This document shows, one piece after another, positions 27,500-36,643 of a stretch of 64,000 nt of DNA; the first letter of the stretch is position 1, and each line of letters opens with the position of its first letter. The stretch comes from Candidatus Latescibacterota bacterium (GTDB taxonomy: Bacteria > Latescibacterota > UBA2968): NCBI GenBank assembly GCA_965204745.1, contig OZ242010.1, forward strand, positions 2,624,001-2,688,000. Reading direction: 5' to 3'. Made by a program: the position numbers and the translations under genes. Under the pieces are notes generated by a model that worked only from the letters and a program-made list of their open reading frames with translations, did not search any database and was not told the origin of the DNA.

Positions 27500-29434
27500 T
27501 TATCCCTCCACCCAATCTCCCCCTGCGCGGATGAGGGCGATCAGTTCGTCAACCGCGCCTGCTGCGGGGATGTTGCGTTTGACGATGTCTTTGCCCTTGT
27601 AGAGCGTGATTTTGCCGGGGCCGCTGCCCACGTACCCGTAATCCGCGTCGGCCATTTCTCCGGGGCCGTTGACGATGCAGCCCATAATGCCAATTTTGAC
27701 GCCTTTGAGGTGGTTGGTGTGGCGCCTGATGAGGGCGGTCGTTTCTTGCAGGTCGAACAGGGTGCGCCCGCACGAGGGGCAAGAGATGTATTCGGTTTTG
27801 GAGATGCGCGTGCGCGTGGCTTGCAAAATGCCAAAAGCCGTGCGGCACGGAAGTTGCGCGGCTGTGTGATCGGAGTCGTCCACCGTTTCGAGCCACAGGC
27901 CATCGCCCAAGCCGTCGATGAGCAGGCCCCCGCAATCCGTGGCAGCGTGGAGCATAAACGCATCATCGGTCGCGTACCTGCGGCGGAGGATGACGGGAAT
28001 GTCGCACTCCCATTCCGCGAGCAGGCAAAAGGCGCGGCGCAACGCCGGCAAGGCGTGCGTGTTGTGGGTTTGCAGAACGAGCACGGCATTGGGATCGGCC
28101 TTCAGCGCGCGGATGAGCGGGGCATCGAGGTGGGCGAGTTTGGCGCGGACAAAGACGATGTGATCAAAGATGCGCGGCGCTCGCAAGTAGGCGTCCGCAG
28201 AGAACAGCGGATGGGCATTGGAAGCGGGCGACCAGGCACGGGCATTTTGGATCGAGCCGAGTGTGCCGGGCAGTTCAAAATCCAAGGCGCGGTTGCCGAT
28301 GTGGATGAAGTCGACGGCCATGTCCGCGATGTGCCACTTGTCGAGCGCGGGGTCGTACGCGTACCCCAAGGGTTGAAGCGATTCCGGGGCGATGGGGCTT
28401 TGGGGCGTGGCGATGACCACCGGCACATTGGGCTTGCCGATTTTTTCGATCCTTCGGGTTTCGCGGCGCGCGTACGCAAATGGGTCGATAGGCGATGTCG
28501 CGATGGGCGGGATGGGCGCGTGGTCTTTGCGCGTGCCATACCGGGCGACGAGTGCTCGGGCGACCGGGATTTCGGCTTCGGGGTCTTCGGTGAGGGAGAC
28601 GCGGATCGTATCGCCCAAGCCATCTTCGAGCAACGCGCCGATGCCCGCGGCGGATTTGATGCGCCCGTCTTCCCCGTCGCCGGCTTCTGTCACCCCCAGA
28701 TGGAGTGGGTAATTCATGCCCTCGGCCATCATTTTGTGGACCAGCAGGCGGTACGCCTGAACCATCACTTGGGGATTGCTGGCTTTCATGGAAAACACGA
28801 TGTCCCGATAGCCGAGGTCCTGGCAGATCCGCGCAAACTCGAGGGCCGATTCGACCATGCCCAGGGGCGTGTCCCCGTACCGGCTCATGATGCGGTCGGA
28901 CAGGGAGCCGTGGTTGGTGCCGATCCGCATGACCGTGCCGTGGTCCTTGCAGATCTCGACGAGCGGCGCGAACCTGTCGCGGATGCGGTGGAGTTCGTCG
29001 GCGTATTGCGCGTCCGTGTATTCGACGATCTGGAACTTCTTTTTGTCCGCGTAATTGCCGGGGTTCACGCGCACTTTTTCCACGAGTCGCGCTGCGATTT
29101 CAGCCGCGTGTGGGGTGTAGTGAATATCGGCCACCAAGGGCGTATCATAGCCCGCGGCCCGAAGTTTCTTTTTGATGGTTGCGAGGTTGCGGGCTTCGTT
29201 TTGACTCGGCGCTGTCACGCGCACGTATTCGCACCCAGCGCGGATCATGCGAATGGCTTGGGCCACCGTGCCGTCGGTGTCTCGCGTGTCGGTCGTGGTC
29301 ATCGACTGCACGCGAATGGGATGGTCGCCGCCGAGTGGCACGCCGCCGATATCGACTTCGCGGGTTTTGAACCGGGCGTATTCCGTGAGGGAGTTGCAGT
29401 ACTTGCCCGGGGCGATGAGGAGGTCGCTGGTCAT
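27500..29434 (-). CDS. ispG: HMBPP synthase (long, three-domain form)
   Basis: 'PIRVQSMTTTDT', 'RVNPGN', 'RIGTNHGSLS', 'YPLHLGVTEAG', 'SCPSCGR', 'MGCIVNGPGE'. Confidence 0.97.
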   Translation of the reverse strand: MTSDLLIAPGKYCNSLTEYARFKTREVDIGGVPLGGDHPIRVQSMTTTDTRDTDGTVAQAIRMIRAGCEYVRVTAPSQNEARNLATIKKKLRAAGYDTPLVADIHYTPHAAEIAARLVEKVRVNPGNYADKKKFQIVEYTDAQYADELHRIRDRFAPLVEICKDHGTVMRIGTNHGSLSDRIMSRYGDTPLGMVESALEFARICQDLGYRDIVFSMKASNPQVMVQAYRLLVHKMMAEGMNYPLHLGVTEAGDGEDGRIKSAAGIGALLEDGLGDTIRVSLTEDPEAEIPVARALVARYGTRKDHAPIPPIATSPIDPFAYARRETRRIEKIGKPNVPVVIATPQSPIAPESLQPLGYAYDPALDKWHIADMAVDFIHIGNRALDFELPGTLGSIQNARAWSPASNAHPLFSADAYLRAPRIFDHIVFVRAKLAHLDAPLIRALKADPNAVLVLQTHNTHALPALRRAFCLLAEWECDIPVILRRRYATDDAFMLHAATDCGGLLIDGLGDGLWLETVDDSDHTAAQLPCRTAFGILQATRTRISKTEYISCPSCGRTLFDLQETTALIRRHTNHLKGVKIGIMGCIVNGPGEMADADYGYVGSGPGKITLYKGKDIVKRNIPAAGAVDELIALIRAGGDWVEG

Positions 29435-29465
29435 GGAAAGGCCGTTTGGAAAAATGAGCTGTCCG

Positions 29466-30251
29466 TCATTGGCTTTCAGCCGTTGCGCTGTTGGTCGTTT
29501 GGTAGGGCGGCCTGATCGCCGACGCATCCTGCCGCATGAACAGGTTTTCTTCGATGGGAATGTGTTCGTCCGCGCTGTTGATGAGGTCGCGGGCCGTGTT
29601 GTGGGTAAAGGAGATGATCTCGACGCGCGGGCCAAGGGTTTTGACGAGATCGACCAGCGGGACAAAATCGCCATCGCCAGAGACGAGGATCACCACGTCG
29701 AGTTTATCCACAAGCCCCATGATGTCGATGGCCATGCCCATGTCCCAATCGCCTTTGGCGGATCCGTCGCTGCGCTGGCGCAAATCCTTGCGCCGAACTT
29801 CGTAGCGCCTTTGCTGGAGCATAGAAATAAAGTTGCTTTGATCGGTGTTGGGCGATTGCACGACATAAGCTATCGCACGGATCAGGCGGCGTTTGCCCAC
29901 GCTGAGTTCGAGCAGTTTTTCAAAATCGAGCCGCGCATTGAACTCGTTTGCCGCGTAAAAGATATTCTGCACATCGACGAAAATCCCGACCCGCAATTCG
30001 GTATCGGGAATGTCTGTGTAGCGGTGAGATCGGCGTTCGGCACTGGCTTGCAAAGCCGCGATGGTTTTCTGGATTTCATCGAGCGTGGAAAAAATTGCCT
30101 GTCGTTCCCGCGCGCCGCTAATGGCTTCTTTGAAAACCCGCGCTTTGATGTCTTGGATCTCTCGCATTGGAAACGCGATCCGATCTGTTTTTTCCTCGAT
30201 GCGCGCAAGTGTTTGTTGGATTTCTCGAATTTGATCTTTGAGGTCTGCCAT
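29466..30251 (-). CDS. NYN (LabA/DUF88) domain protein with an N-terminal coiled coil
   Basis: 'IFVDVQNI', 'KGDWDMGMAID', 'SGDGDFVPLV'. Confidence 0.9.
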   Translation of the reverse strand: MADLKDQIREIQQTLARIEEKTDRIAFPMREIQDIKARVFKEAISGARERQAIFSTLDEIQKTIAALQASAERRSHRYTDIPDTELRVGIFVDVQNIFYAANEFNARLDFEKLLELSVGKRRLIRAIAYVVQSPNTDQSNFISMLQQRRYEVRRKDLRQRSDGSAKGDWDMGMAIDIMGLVDKLDVVILVSGDGDFVPLVDLVKTLGPRVEIISFTHNTARDLINSADEHIPIEENLFMRQDASAIRPPYQTTNSATAESQ

Positions 30252-30271
30252 GTGTTCTGGAGTCTCCCATC

Positions 30272-31045
30272 TTAGAGGTGAGGTGCGGCTGCGCCGAGGG
30301 CGAGGGCGAATTTGCCCGGGTGGTCGAGTGCTGCGCGATCCGGATGTGGCAACCGCGATGTGTCGATATTGCGAAATGTCGGGTATGCGATGAAGTCGCG
30401 GTCTGCGTGCGGTTTGTCTGCGGACAGATAGACCCGGTTGCAGGCGGGTCGGGCGTGCGCGTCAACAGCGGTTAATACGCCATTTTTAACGGCGATGCAA
30501 ACCGAATTTGCAGAATCGCGGTGGACAGCCACTCGTGGGCCGGGTTGCCAGATACCTGCGATTCGTCCGGCGTAAAACAAGGCGAGCGGCGCGGCGATGA
30601 GGTGGATGCGGGTTTGGCCCAAGGCGCGGCACAGGGTCGCGTGTGCGTGGATGATGTCTTTGCGGATGGCGGTCCAAAAAGCCGCACGGCCCGCCGGCAG
30701 GAAGTCGATCTCAAAATTGTCGATTGGCGAGATGAGAGCTTGGGATGCCTCCCACATCATGTGCTCGCGGCGGTCTTCCTCTGATGCGACTTCAAGGGGC
30801 ACTTTTTGGATGTGGTACAAACCATCCGATAGTGCGAATGACAAGGGGCCGAGGGGTTCGGGCAAGCGATCCAGTGCAGCGCGCAATGCTTTGACAAATG
30901 GCGCGGGCACTTCGGTATCAAACGCCCATGAAGCCGATACTCGCCGGGCCGAAAGCCCCTTTAGCCGATACGCATCGTCCGATTTTTCGAGGCAGACCAC
31001 GCGCAGGGAATCGCCCGAAATGTGAATGCCCGTGGCTGTGTTCAT
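30272..31045 (-). CDS. PilM-like (actin-like fold) hypothetical protein
   Basis: N-terminus 'GIHISGDSLRVV', 'HMMWEASQ.L..PID...IDF', C-terminus 'FALALGAA'. Confidence 0.55.
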   Translation of the reverse strand: MNTATGIHISGDSLRVVCLEKSDDAYRLKGLSARRVSASWAFDTEVPAPFVKALRAALDRLPEPLGPLSFALSDGLYHIQKVPLEVASEEDRREHMMWEASQALISPIDNFEIDFLPAGRAAFWTAIRKDIIHAHATLCRALGQTRIHLIAAPLALFYAGRIAGIWQPGPRVAVHRDSANSVCIAVKNGVLTAVDAHARPACNRVYLSADKPHADRDFIAYPTFRNIDTSRLPHPDRAALDHPGKFALALGAAAPHL

Positions 31046-31470
31046 GGCGTGCTCACGTGGGGGCGCAACCGCTCGAGGGTTTTCGCGCCGATCCCCTTGA
31101 CCTTTGTGATGTCCTCAACGCGCTTAAACGCGCCGTTCTGCTCGCGGTATGCCACGATGCGCGCTGCGATTTGAGGCCCAATCCCGGGCAACCGCTCGAG
31201 CTCTTTTGCCGTTGCTCGGTTGAGGTCGATCAATGCCCCGGTTGCTTTTGTTTTCCCTGTGGCAGATGGCACAGCCGCGACGGGCTTTTGGACTTCGAGA
31301 TCGGCGATGCTATCCCGCGCATGCTCTTCGGGAACAGGCACGGCACTTTTTTGCACCTCAAAGTCGGGAACGCGCTCTGGGTCTCGGCTGTCGATATACG
31401 CGATCACAATGCCCACGATGAGAATGCAGCAGAGTAGCAATAGGATGATTTGTTCGTTTCGATTGAACAT
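31042..31470 (-). CDS. comEA: Competence protein ComEA (HhH DNA-binding)
   Basis: N-terminal TM helix; 'IDLNRAT..EL..LPGIGP..A.RIV.YR...G.F...EDI..VKGIG'. Confidence 0.92.
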   Translation of the reverse strand: MFNRNEQIILLLLCCILIVGIVIAYIDSRDPERVPDFEVQKSAVPVPEEHARDSIADLEVQKPVAAVPSATGKTKATGALIDLNRATAKELERLPGIGPQIAARIVAYREQNGAFKRVEDITKVKGIGAKTLERLRPHVSTP

Positions 31471-31515
31471 GGGAGAAGCCGTAAGAGGTAAGAGGTAAGA
31501 TACTCTCTTAAAAGG

Positions 31516-32523
31516 TCAAGGGGTTTTCGGGGTGATTCGATAGAATTTTTCGCCCTCAAAATCTTGGTCATGGCGCAACATGCCCCAGATCGAATGGAGC
31601 AACTTTCGCATCACCGCAACGATAGCCTGCAAAGGTTTCTTGCCGCGGGCGATGAGTTGGTCATAGAAGGCTTTGACATGGCCTTCGTGTCTGATGGCCA
31701 CCCAGGCAGGCATATAGAGGGCATGGCGGAGGTACTTATTCCCGGTTTTCGAGATGCGTCTTTGTGGATTGGCGGTTCCGGATTGTTTGGGTTTGGGATC
31801 CAGGCCTGCATGTGCGACCCACTGGGGCGGTTGCATCTCCTCTGGCAAAAGGGTCAACTCGGCCAAGAGCCGCAAGGCACTCGTTTGCGCGATGCCAGGC
31901 GTCGAGCAGAGGCGTTGGTAGGCACGCTTGAGGGGCTCATCGTGCAAAACGAGATCGAGGGCTTGGCTTTCCAAGTATGCAATCCGGCGTTTGAAGTGTC
32001 GAATATTCACCTGAATATCGCGTGCGATGAGACGTGTGCTGCGGATGTGGTAGCTCTGCGCGTGGTTGCGGCTCTGTTCGCGGATGATCTCCTGCTTGAG
32101 TTGGTCAATGCGTCTGGTGAGGGCTTGCAGTTGAAGCCGTTGCTCGCTCGGCGCTTGCCAAGGCACAAAAGGCATGCGCTCGGCATAGTCGAGGATCAAC
32201 AACGCATCCTTCGCATCCGTCTTCGCCCGTTGCATGCAGGCTTGGGCGTACTTGCTCATCGCTTTGGGATTGACGACCATGACCTTTGTGTGGCGATGCC
32301 GATGCAAGGCCAAGGCCACCCCCAAACTGTAAAGCCCGGTCGCTTCGAGGCACACAGAGACCATGTGCCCGCCCTTCGTGAGCCACTTCAGCAACCGCTT
32401 ATGCGCTTGGGGATCATTGGCAAAGGTCGCTTGCATGACAGCTTGTCCGGGTCTGGACAGGGCAACGGACAACGTGCGGGCACTGACATCAATGCCGGCA
32501 AAAGCGGGGTGAGATTTCGACAT
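31516..32523 (-). CDS. IS110 DEDD recombinase/transposase
   Basis: 'GIDVS', 'CLEATG', 'AKTDAKDA' (DEDD) and C-terminal 'AGLDP..KQSG...ISKTGNKYLRHALY'. Confidence 0.95.
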   Translation of the reverse strand: MSKSHPAFAGIDVSARTLSVALSRPGQAVMQATFANDPQAHKRLLKWLTKGGHMVSVCLEATGLYSLGVALALHRHRHTKVMVVNPKAMSKYAQACMQRAKTDAKDALLILDYAERMPFVPWQAPSEQRLQLQALTRRIDQLKQEIIREQSRNHAQSYHIRSTRLIARDIQVNIRHFKRRIAYLESQALDLVLHDEPLKRAYQRLCSTPGIAQTSALRLLAELTLLPEEMQPPQWVAHAGLDPKPKQSGTANPQRRISKTGNKYLRHALYMPAWVAIRHEGHVKAFYDQLIARGKKPLQAIVAVMRKLLHSIWGMLRHDQDFEGEKFYRITPKTP

Positions 32524-32599
32524 GGGGGCCTCCTGTGATGAGGGGGTTGTAAGGGATCTGGTGCGCGCTCGGGGTCGCGTCCCGACCATTGACGCCAAG

Positions 32600-32770
32600 T
32601 CTACCGGTCTTGTATATGCAGCCTCAAGGGGCTTAGATACTCTTCGGCATAGACCCGGCGGTCGGGGGGCCTATCTTACCTACAAGGTCATCGCCTTCAA
32701 GAGGGGCCGGCCTTCCCCGAGCCGGGCATCAAGATGGCTTATCTCGATACGAGGGCGCAACTCCTAATTA
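32600..32770 (-). ncRNA. Putative bridge RNA of the IS110 element
   Basis: Two internal-loop hairpins containing AGGUAAG (matches target right), AGAGUAUCU (matches donor left) and AUACAAG (donor-right type); ends approximate. Confidence 0.75.
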
Positions 32771-32973
32771 ACCCTTACTTCCAAGATACAAGAGGTAAGA
32801 GGCTAGAGGTAAGAAGTGAGAGGTGAGAAGTGAGAGGCGAGATGGAGGGTTAGCCACAAAAGGCACAAAAGGCACAAAAGGAGTACAGGGCGATAGCCGT
32901 TCAAAGGCACGAGCGGAGTACAACTGGCGATAGCCCGTTCAAAGGCACGAGCGGGCAACTGGCGACAACCCGT

Positions 32974-34068
32974 TCAAAGGCGAGCAGTGTGTAGGGGCGA
33001 TGCCCCTGTGCTTGTTTTTCGCCTTTCGCGTCTTGCGTCTTGCGTCTCACCTCTTCCCGCTTGTTTTTCGCCTTTCGCGTCTTGCGTCTTGCGTCTCACC
33101 TCTTCCCGCTCGATTTCAAAGCCCAAGTCGGCGATCATGCGATGGGTGGCTTCCACATCGAGGCCGCCCGTGGTCAAATACCCTTCCATGAAGAGCGAGT
33201 TGGCCGGGTAGAGCGCGAGGGGTTGGAGGGAGCGGAGATTTTTTTCTCGCCCGCCCGCGACTCGGATTTCGGTCGCTGGGTTGACAAAGCGGAATACGCA
33301 CAAGGCGCGCAGGCAGTCGTGCGGGGTCAGGGCGTTGTGATCGGACAGGGGCGTGCCCGGGATGGGGTGCAGGAAATTGACCGGAATGGAGTTGACGCCC
33401 AAATCGCGCAAGGACACGGCCATGGCGATGATGTCCGCGTGGGTTTCGCCCATGCCAATGATGCCGCCGCTACACGTCTCGAGGCCGGCTTTTTGGATGT
33501 TGTACAGGGTTTCCAGGCGGTCTTCGTACGCGTGCGTAGAGACGATGTTCGGGGTGTGCGCTCGGCTGGTATTGAGGTTGTGGTTGACGCGATCCACACC
33601 GGCGTCTTTGAGGCGCTGCGCGTTTTCTGCGGTGAGCAGGCCCAAGCAACAGCAGATGTCGATATCGACTTCGCGTTTGATTTGGCGCACGGTGTCGGTC
33701 AGGGCGTCCAATTCCCCGTTGGTGGGCGCGCGCCCACTGGTGACGATGCAGTAGCGATACGCGCCGTTTTTATGGGCTTGGCGCGCGGCATCCACGATTT
33801 CACGGGCAGGCCGCAGGGGGTATTTGTCGATAGTTGCGGTGGAGATGGATGATTGCGAGCAATAGGCGCAGTCTTCCGGGCACAAGCCGCTTTTGGCATT
33901 CATCAAAACATGGATGTGGACTTTGCGCCCGAAGTGGTGGCGGCGCACCTGAAAGGCCGCGTGCAACAAGGGCAAAATGTCGCGGTCCGGAGTTTGCAGA
34001 ACCGCGTGCATGTCAGCGGTTGACAGGCCGTCGCCACAGAGGGCTTTGTCGGCATAATCGGTGTACAT
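32974..34068 (-). CDS. bioB: Biotin synthase, with a repeat-derived C-terminal tail
   Basis: 'NAKSGLCPEDCAYCSQS' radical-SAM motif, 'NHNLNTS', 'CSGGIIGMGE', 'SIPVNFL', 'ANSLF..GYLTT'. Confidence 0.95.
   Translation of the reverse strand: MYTDYADKALCGDGLSTADMHAVLQTPDRDILPLLHAAFQVRRHHFGRKVHIHVLMNAKSGLCPEDCAYCSQSSISTATIDKYPLRPAREIVDAARQAHKNGAYRYCIVTSGRAPTNGELDALTDTVRQIKREVDIDICCCLGLLTAENAQRLKDAGVDRVNHNLNTSRAHTPNIVSTHAYEDRLETLYNIQKAGLETCSGGIIGMGETHADIIAMAVSLRDLGVNSIPVNFLHPIPGTPLSDHNALTPHDCLRALCVFRFVNPATEIRVAGGREKNLRSLQPLALYPANSLFMEGYLTTGGLDVEATHRMIADLGFEIEREEVRRKTQDAKGEKQAGRGETQDARRERRKTSTGASPLHTARL
33012..33109. repeat. 49-bp tandem duplication inside the bioB 3' end
   Basis: TTGTTTTTCGCCTTTCGCGTCTTGCGTCTTGCGTCTCACCTCTTCCCGC occurs twice in tandem. 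Confidence 0.9.
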
Positions 34069-34148
34069 AGTGCGTCCTGAATTTGTGTGATGGTCGGGCG
34101 GAGATTCGCAACTCGATGGCCGCCAAAGTCGTCCAACGCCTGTACCTT

Positions 34149-34670
34149 TTAGCGGTAAAACGCCAAGCCAATGGCCGCGGTGGCGACAATGGCCAGGGCC
34201 GGATGCAGGTTGAGAAAGTAGATGGCGACAAACGCGCCGCAGGCGATGAGGCCCGTGTGCCAAGAGGTGACGGATTTGGGACACATTTCCCAGATCACGA
34301 CGAGCAACAACCCGACCACGGCCGGGCGCACGGCTTTGAGCATGGCCTGCACGAGCGGGGTGTCTTTGTATTTGAGGAAGAACAGGGCGAGGATCATCAT
34401 CATGAGCAACGAGGGGAAGACCGTGCCAAAGAGGGCGACCAAGAGGCCGGGGATATGGGCGACTTTGTACCCGATGTACGCGGCCATTTTGGTGGCGATG
34501 GGACCGGGCAGGGCATAGCCCATCGCAAGGGCGTCTGTAAATTCCTCGATAGTCATCCAGCCGTTGACATCCACGACTTCCTCTTGGACGAGGGGGATCA
34601 TCGAAGGCCCGCCGCCGTACGCGAAGACGCCGACTTTGGTGAATGAGATGAACAAGCGCAACAGGTCCAT
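34149..34670 (-). CDS. Short-chain chromate transporter (CHR family)
   Basis: 'FTKVGVFAYGGG', 'LPGPIA', 'RPAVVGL'. Confidence 0.9.
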   Translation of the reverse strand: MDLLRLFISFTKVGVFAYGGGPSMIPLVQEEVVDVNGWMTIEEFTDALAMGYALPGPIATKMAAYIGYKVAHIPGLLVALFGTVFPSLLMMMILALFFLKYKDTPLVQAMLKAVRPAVVGLLLVVIWEMCPKSVTSWHTGLIACGAFVAIYFLNLHPALAIVATAAIGLAFYR

Positions 34671-34771
34671 TGCGTTCCTCCTCTTTGTTTTGCGTGCGAA
34701 TTTGCAATATATCCTTTTCGCGGATTTGAGACAAGGCCATTTATCGGCATCTTGAAACGCGCCCGCTGATT

Positions 34772-35122
34772 TTACCTCCCCAACATCCTGCCCAAAGGTC
34801 GCCCGCCCACCAGGTGCATGTGAATGTGATACACCTCTTGCCCCCCGTTGCGGTTGCAGTTGATGATCAGGCGATACCCGTCTGCGGCAATCCCCTCATC
34901 CGCTGCGAGTTTCGCCGCCACAGTCAGCATGCGGCCCAGCGCGGGTTCGTCTTCTGTGGTCGCGTCATTCACCGTCGGAATCAATTTGTTGGGGACGATT
35001 AACACATGCGTGGGGGCTTGGGGATTGATGTCCCGAAATGCCGTCACTAGATCGTCCTGATACACGATATCCGCGCTGATTTCGCGGCGGATAATTTTGC
35101 TGAAAATCGTTTCTTCTGCCAT
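34772..35122 (-). CDS. hinT: HIT family nucleotide-binding protein
   Basis: 'TIFSKII', '[17 protein letters not shown]', '[15 protein letters not shown]'. Confidence 0.93.
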   Translation of the reverse strand: MAEETIFSKIIRREISADIVYQDDLVTAFRDINPQAPTHVLIVPNKLIPTVNDATTEDEPALGRMLTVAAKLAADEGIAADGYRLIINCNRNGGQEVYHIHMHLVGGRPLGRMLGR

Positions 35123-35296
35123 GGTGCTCTCCTGTGTTGGACGTTTGAACGCGCTGCATGATAGCGAATGGGCGTCATTTTGCCAACCAAATGTTTGCGA
35201 TAAAAAATTCTTGAAGTTATCCATGCAACCCTGTATATTGACCTTTCCATTCCGCCGCGTGTTGATGGCTCACACAAAAAGACACTGGAGGTCACC

Positions 35297-35461
35297 ATGG
35301 CCAAGCGACAGGGCAACCGCATACTCGTCAAAATGAAAAGCACGGAAAGTTCGCACTATTACCACACGGAAAAAAATCGGCAAAATCATCCCGACCGCCT
35401 CGAACTCAAAAAATTCGATCCCACATTGCGTAAGCATGTGCTCTATCGAGAAGACAGATAA
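35297..35461 (+). CDS. rpmG: 50S ribosomal protein L33 (Cys-free type); missing from the ORF track
   Basis: GGAGG SD; [54 protein letters not shown]. Confidence 0.93.
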   Translation: MAKRQGNRILVKMKSTESSHYYHTEKNRQNHPDRLELKKFDPTLRKHVLYREDR

Positions 35462-35476
35462 CAAGGAGATTTTTCT

Positions 35477-35719
35477 ATGGCCAGACGTTGTAGCATCACG
35501 GGAAAGGGACCGCTCGCCGGCAATCATGTGTCCCATTCCAACCGCAAAGTTAAACGGGTGCAAAAGCCCAATCTAAAAAGCAAACGCATTTACGTGCCCG
35601 AACTCGGTCGCTTTGTGCGTATCAAACTCTCGGCTCGCGCCCTGCGTACCGTGAACAGGAAAGGGCTGTTGCCTTTTCTCAAAGACCGGGGCCTTTCACT
35701 GGAGGAAGTCGCGCTGTAA
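35477..35719 (+). CDS. rpmB: 50S ribosomal protein L28
   Basis: 'MARRCSITGKGPLAGNHVSHSNRKVKR...PNL'. Confidence 0.95.
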   Translation: MARRCSITGKGPLAGNHVSHSNRKVKRVQKPNLKSKRIYVPELGRFVRIKLSARALRTVNRKGLLPFLKDRGLSLEEVAL

Positions 35720-35734
35720 CACATAACTATCTCG

Positions 35735-35880
35735 GATTCAGGTCGCCAATAGGGAAAACGGTGAAAATCCGTTGCGGTCCCGCCGCTGTAACTGGAGATG
35801 CTCCTCGCCTGTATGCCACTGGCAACGCGCTGGGAAGGCGCGAGAAGCGATGATCCAGAAGCCAGAAGACCTGCCTGAAT
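35735..35880 (+). ncRNA. Cobalamin (AdoCbl) riboswitch
   Basis: AGGT..AATAGGGAA..CGGTGAAAATCCG..GCGGTCCCGCCGCTGTAA ... GCCACTG ... GGGAAGGC ... AGCCAGAAGACCTGCC (B12 box); lies upstream of btu genes. Confidence 0.93.
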
Positions 35881-35962
35881 CTCAGACCTTGTTCGTTTCC
35901 TCGTGGATTGGGAAAAAGGTGAGAGAATGTCGGTAATGCGGTGTACCGCGTACTGAATCTGT

Positions 35963-35998
35963 CCCTGATTTCTGTGAGGAAATCGGGGATTTTTTTGG
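35963..35998 (+). terminator. Terminator, probable riboswitch expression platform
   Basis: CCCTGATTTC...GAAATCGGGG followed by ATTTTTTT. Confidence 0.65.
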
Positions 35999-36331
35999 TT
36001 AAAGGTGAGACGGGAGAGGTAAGACGGGAGAGGTAAGACGGGAGAGGTAAGACGTAAGAAGGCCACAAAAAGCACGAGCGGGGTACAACTGGCGACAGCC
36101 AGTTCAAAGGCACAAAAGGGGTACAACTAGCGATAGCCCGTTCAAAGACACAAAAGGTAGTAGCATGTAGGGGTGCGGGCCTGTGCTCGCCCGAAGCAGT
36201 AGTCAGTGGTCAGTATGTTGTGTTGACATTTTATTTTTTTTCACTTTACGCACCGATTAGCAAACGTGTTGCTTGCTCATTTAAGGCGTTTCCTTTGATG
36301 GCTTAGGGTTGCTCTGATGGCGTTTTGCGAG

Positions 36332-36515
36332 GGGACCTATCCCCCGGCCCCTTTCCTACGAGGAAAGGGGAGTAAAGCTCCTTTGATGGCTTAGGTTGAT
36401 CTGATGGCGTTGACCGAGGGCATAAAGCGATTAAAAATCCCTCATCAATCCCCTCGCAAAACCGCTCACTGTTCCCCCCTTCCTCGCAGGAAGGGGGGCT
36501 AGGGGGGTAGGTCCC
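36332..36515. repeat. REP/MITE-like composite element
   Basis: Arm A(+) ... arm B(-). Confidence 0.85.
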
Positions 36516-36643
36516 GATAAGGAGCGACTATTCCAGTTTCTCAAACCGAGAGCATATCCTGCAAATAGTGCCTGATTTTCCCGATAAACACCTCAACGGG
36601 GCGGTGCCCCCGTGCCCGGTCGAATCGGCGAAAGGTGAACGCC

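Larger units (their letters stand above)
31498..32785 (-). mobile_element. IS110-family (IS621-like) element with CT core at both ends
   Basis: AG cores (+ strand) at 31498-31499 and 32784-32785, within shared AAGATAC; both flanks continue a (GTAAGAG)n heptamer array. Confidence 0.88.

Noticed and set aside
27473-29515. 680-aa + strand ORF, and similar long antisense ORFs such as 12645-13973, 6281-7603 and 41017-42453
   Set aside because: Shadow ORFs opposite well-supported genes in GC-rich DNA, with no recognisable motifs.
31500-31520. Junction promoter formed on IS110 circularisation
   Set aside because: TTGACC is present, but I could not place a good -10 at 16-18 nt spacing across the reconstructed junction.
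32974-34740. 588-aa BioB with a long N-terminal extension
   Set aside because: The upstream part is an alternative frame over the chromate transporter; the real start is 34068.
35190-35220. Possible Zur/Fur box upstream of rpmG
   Set aside because: AT-rich but only weakly palindromic; cannot be supported without a motif model.
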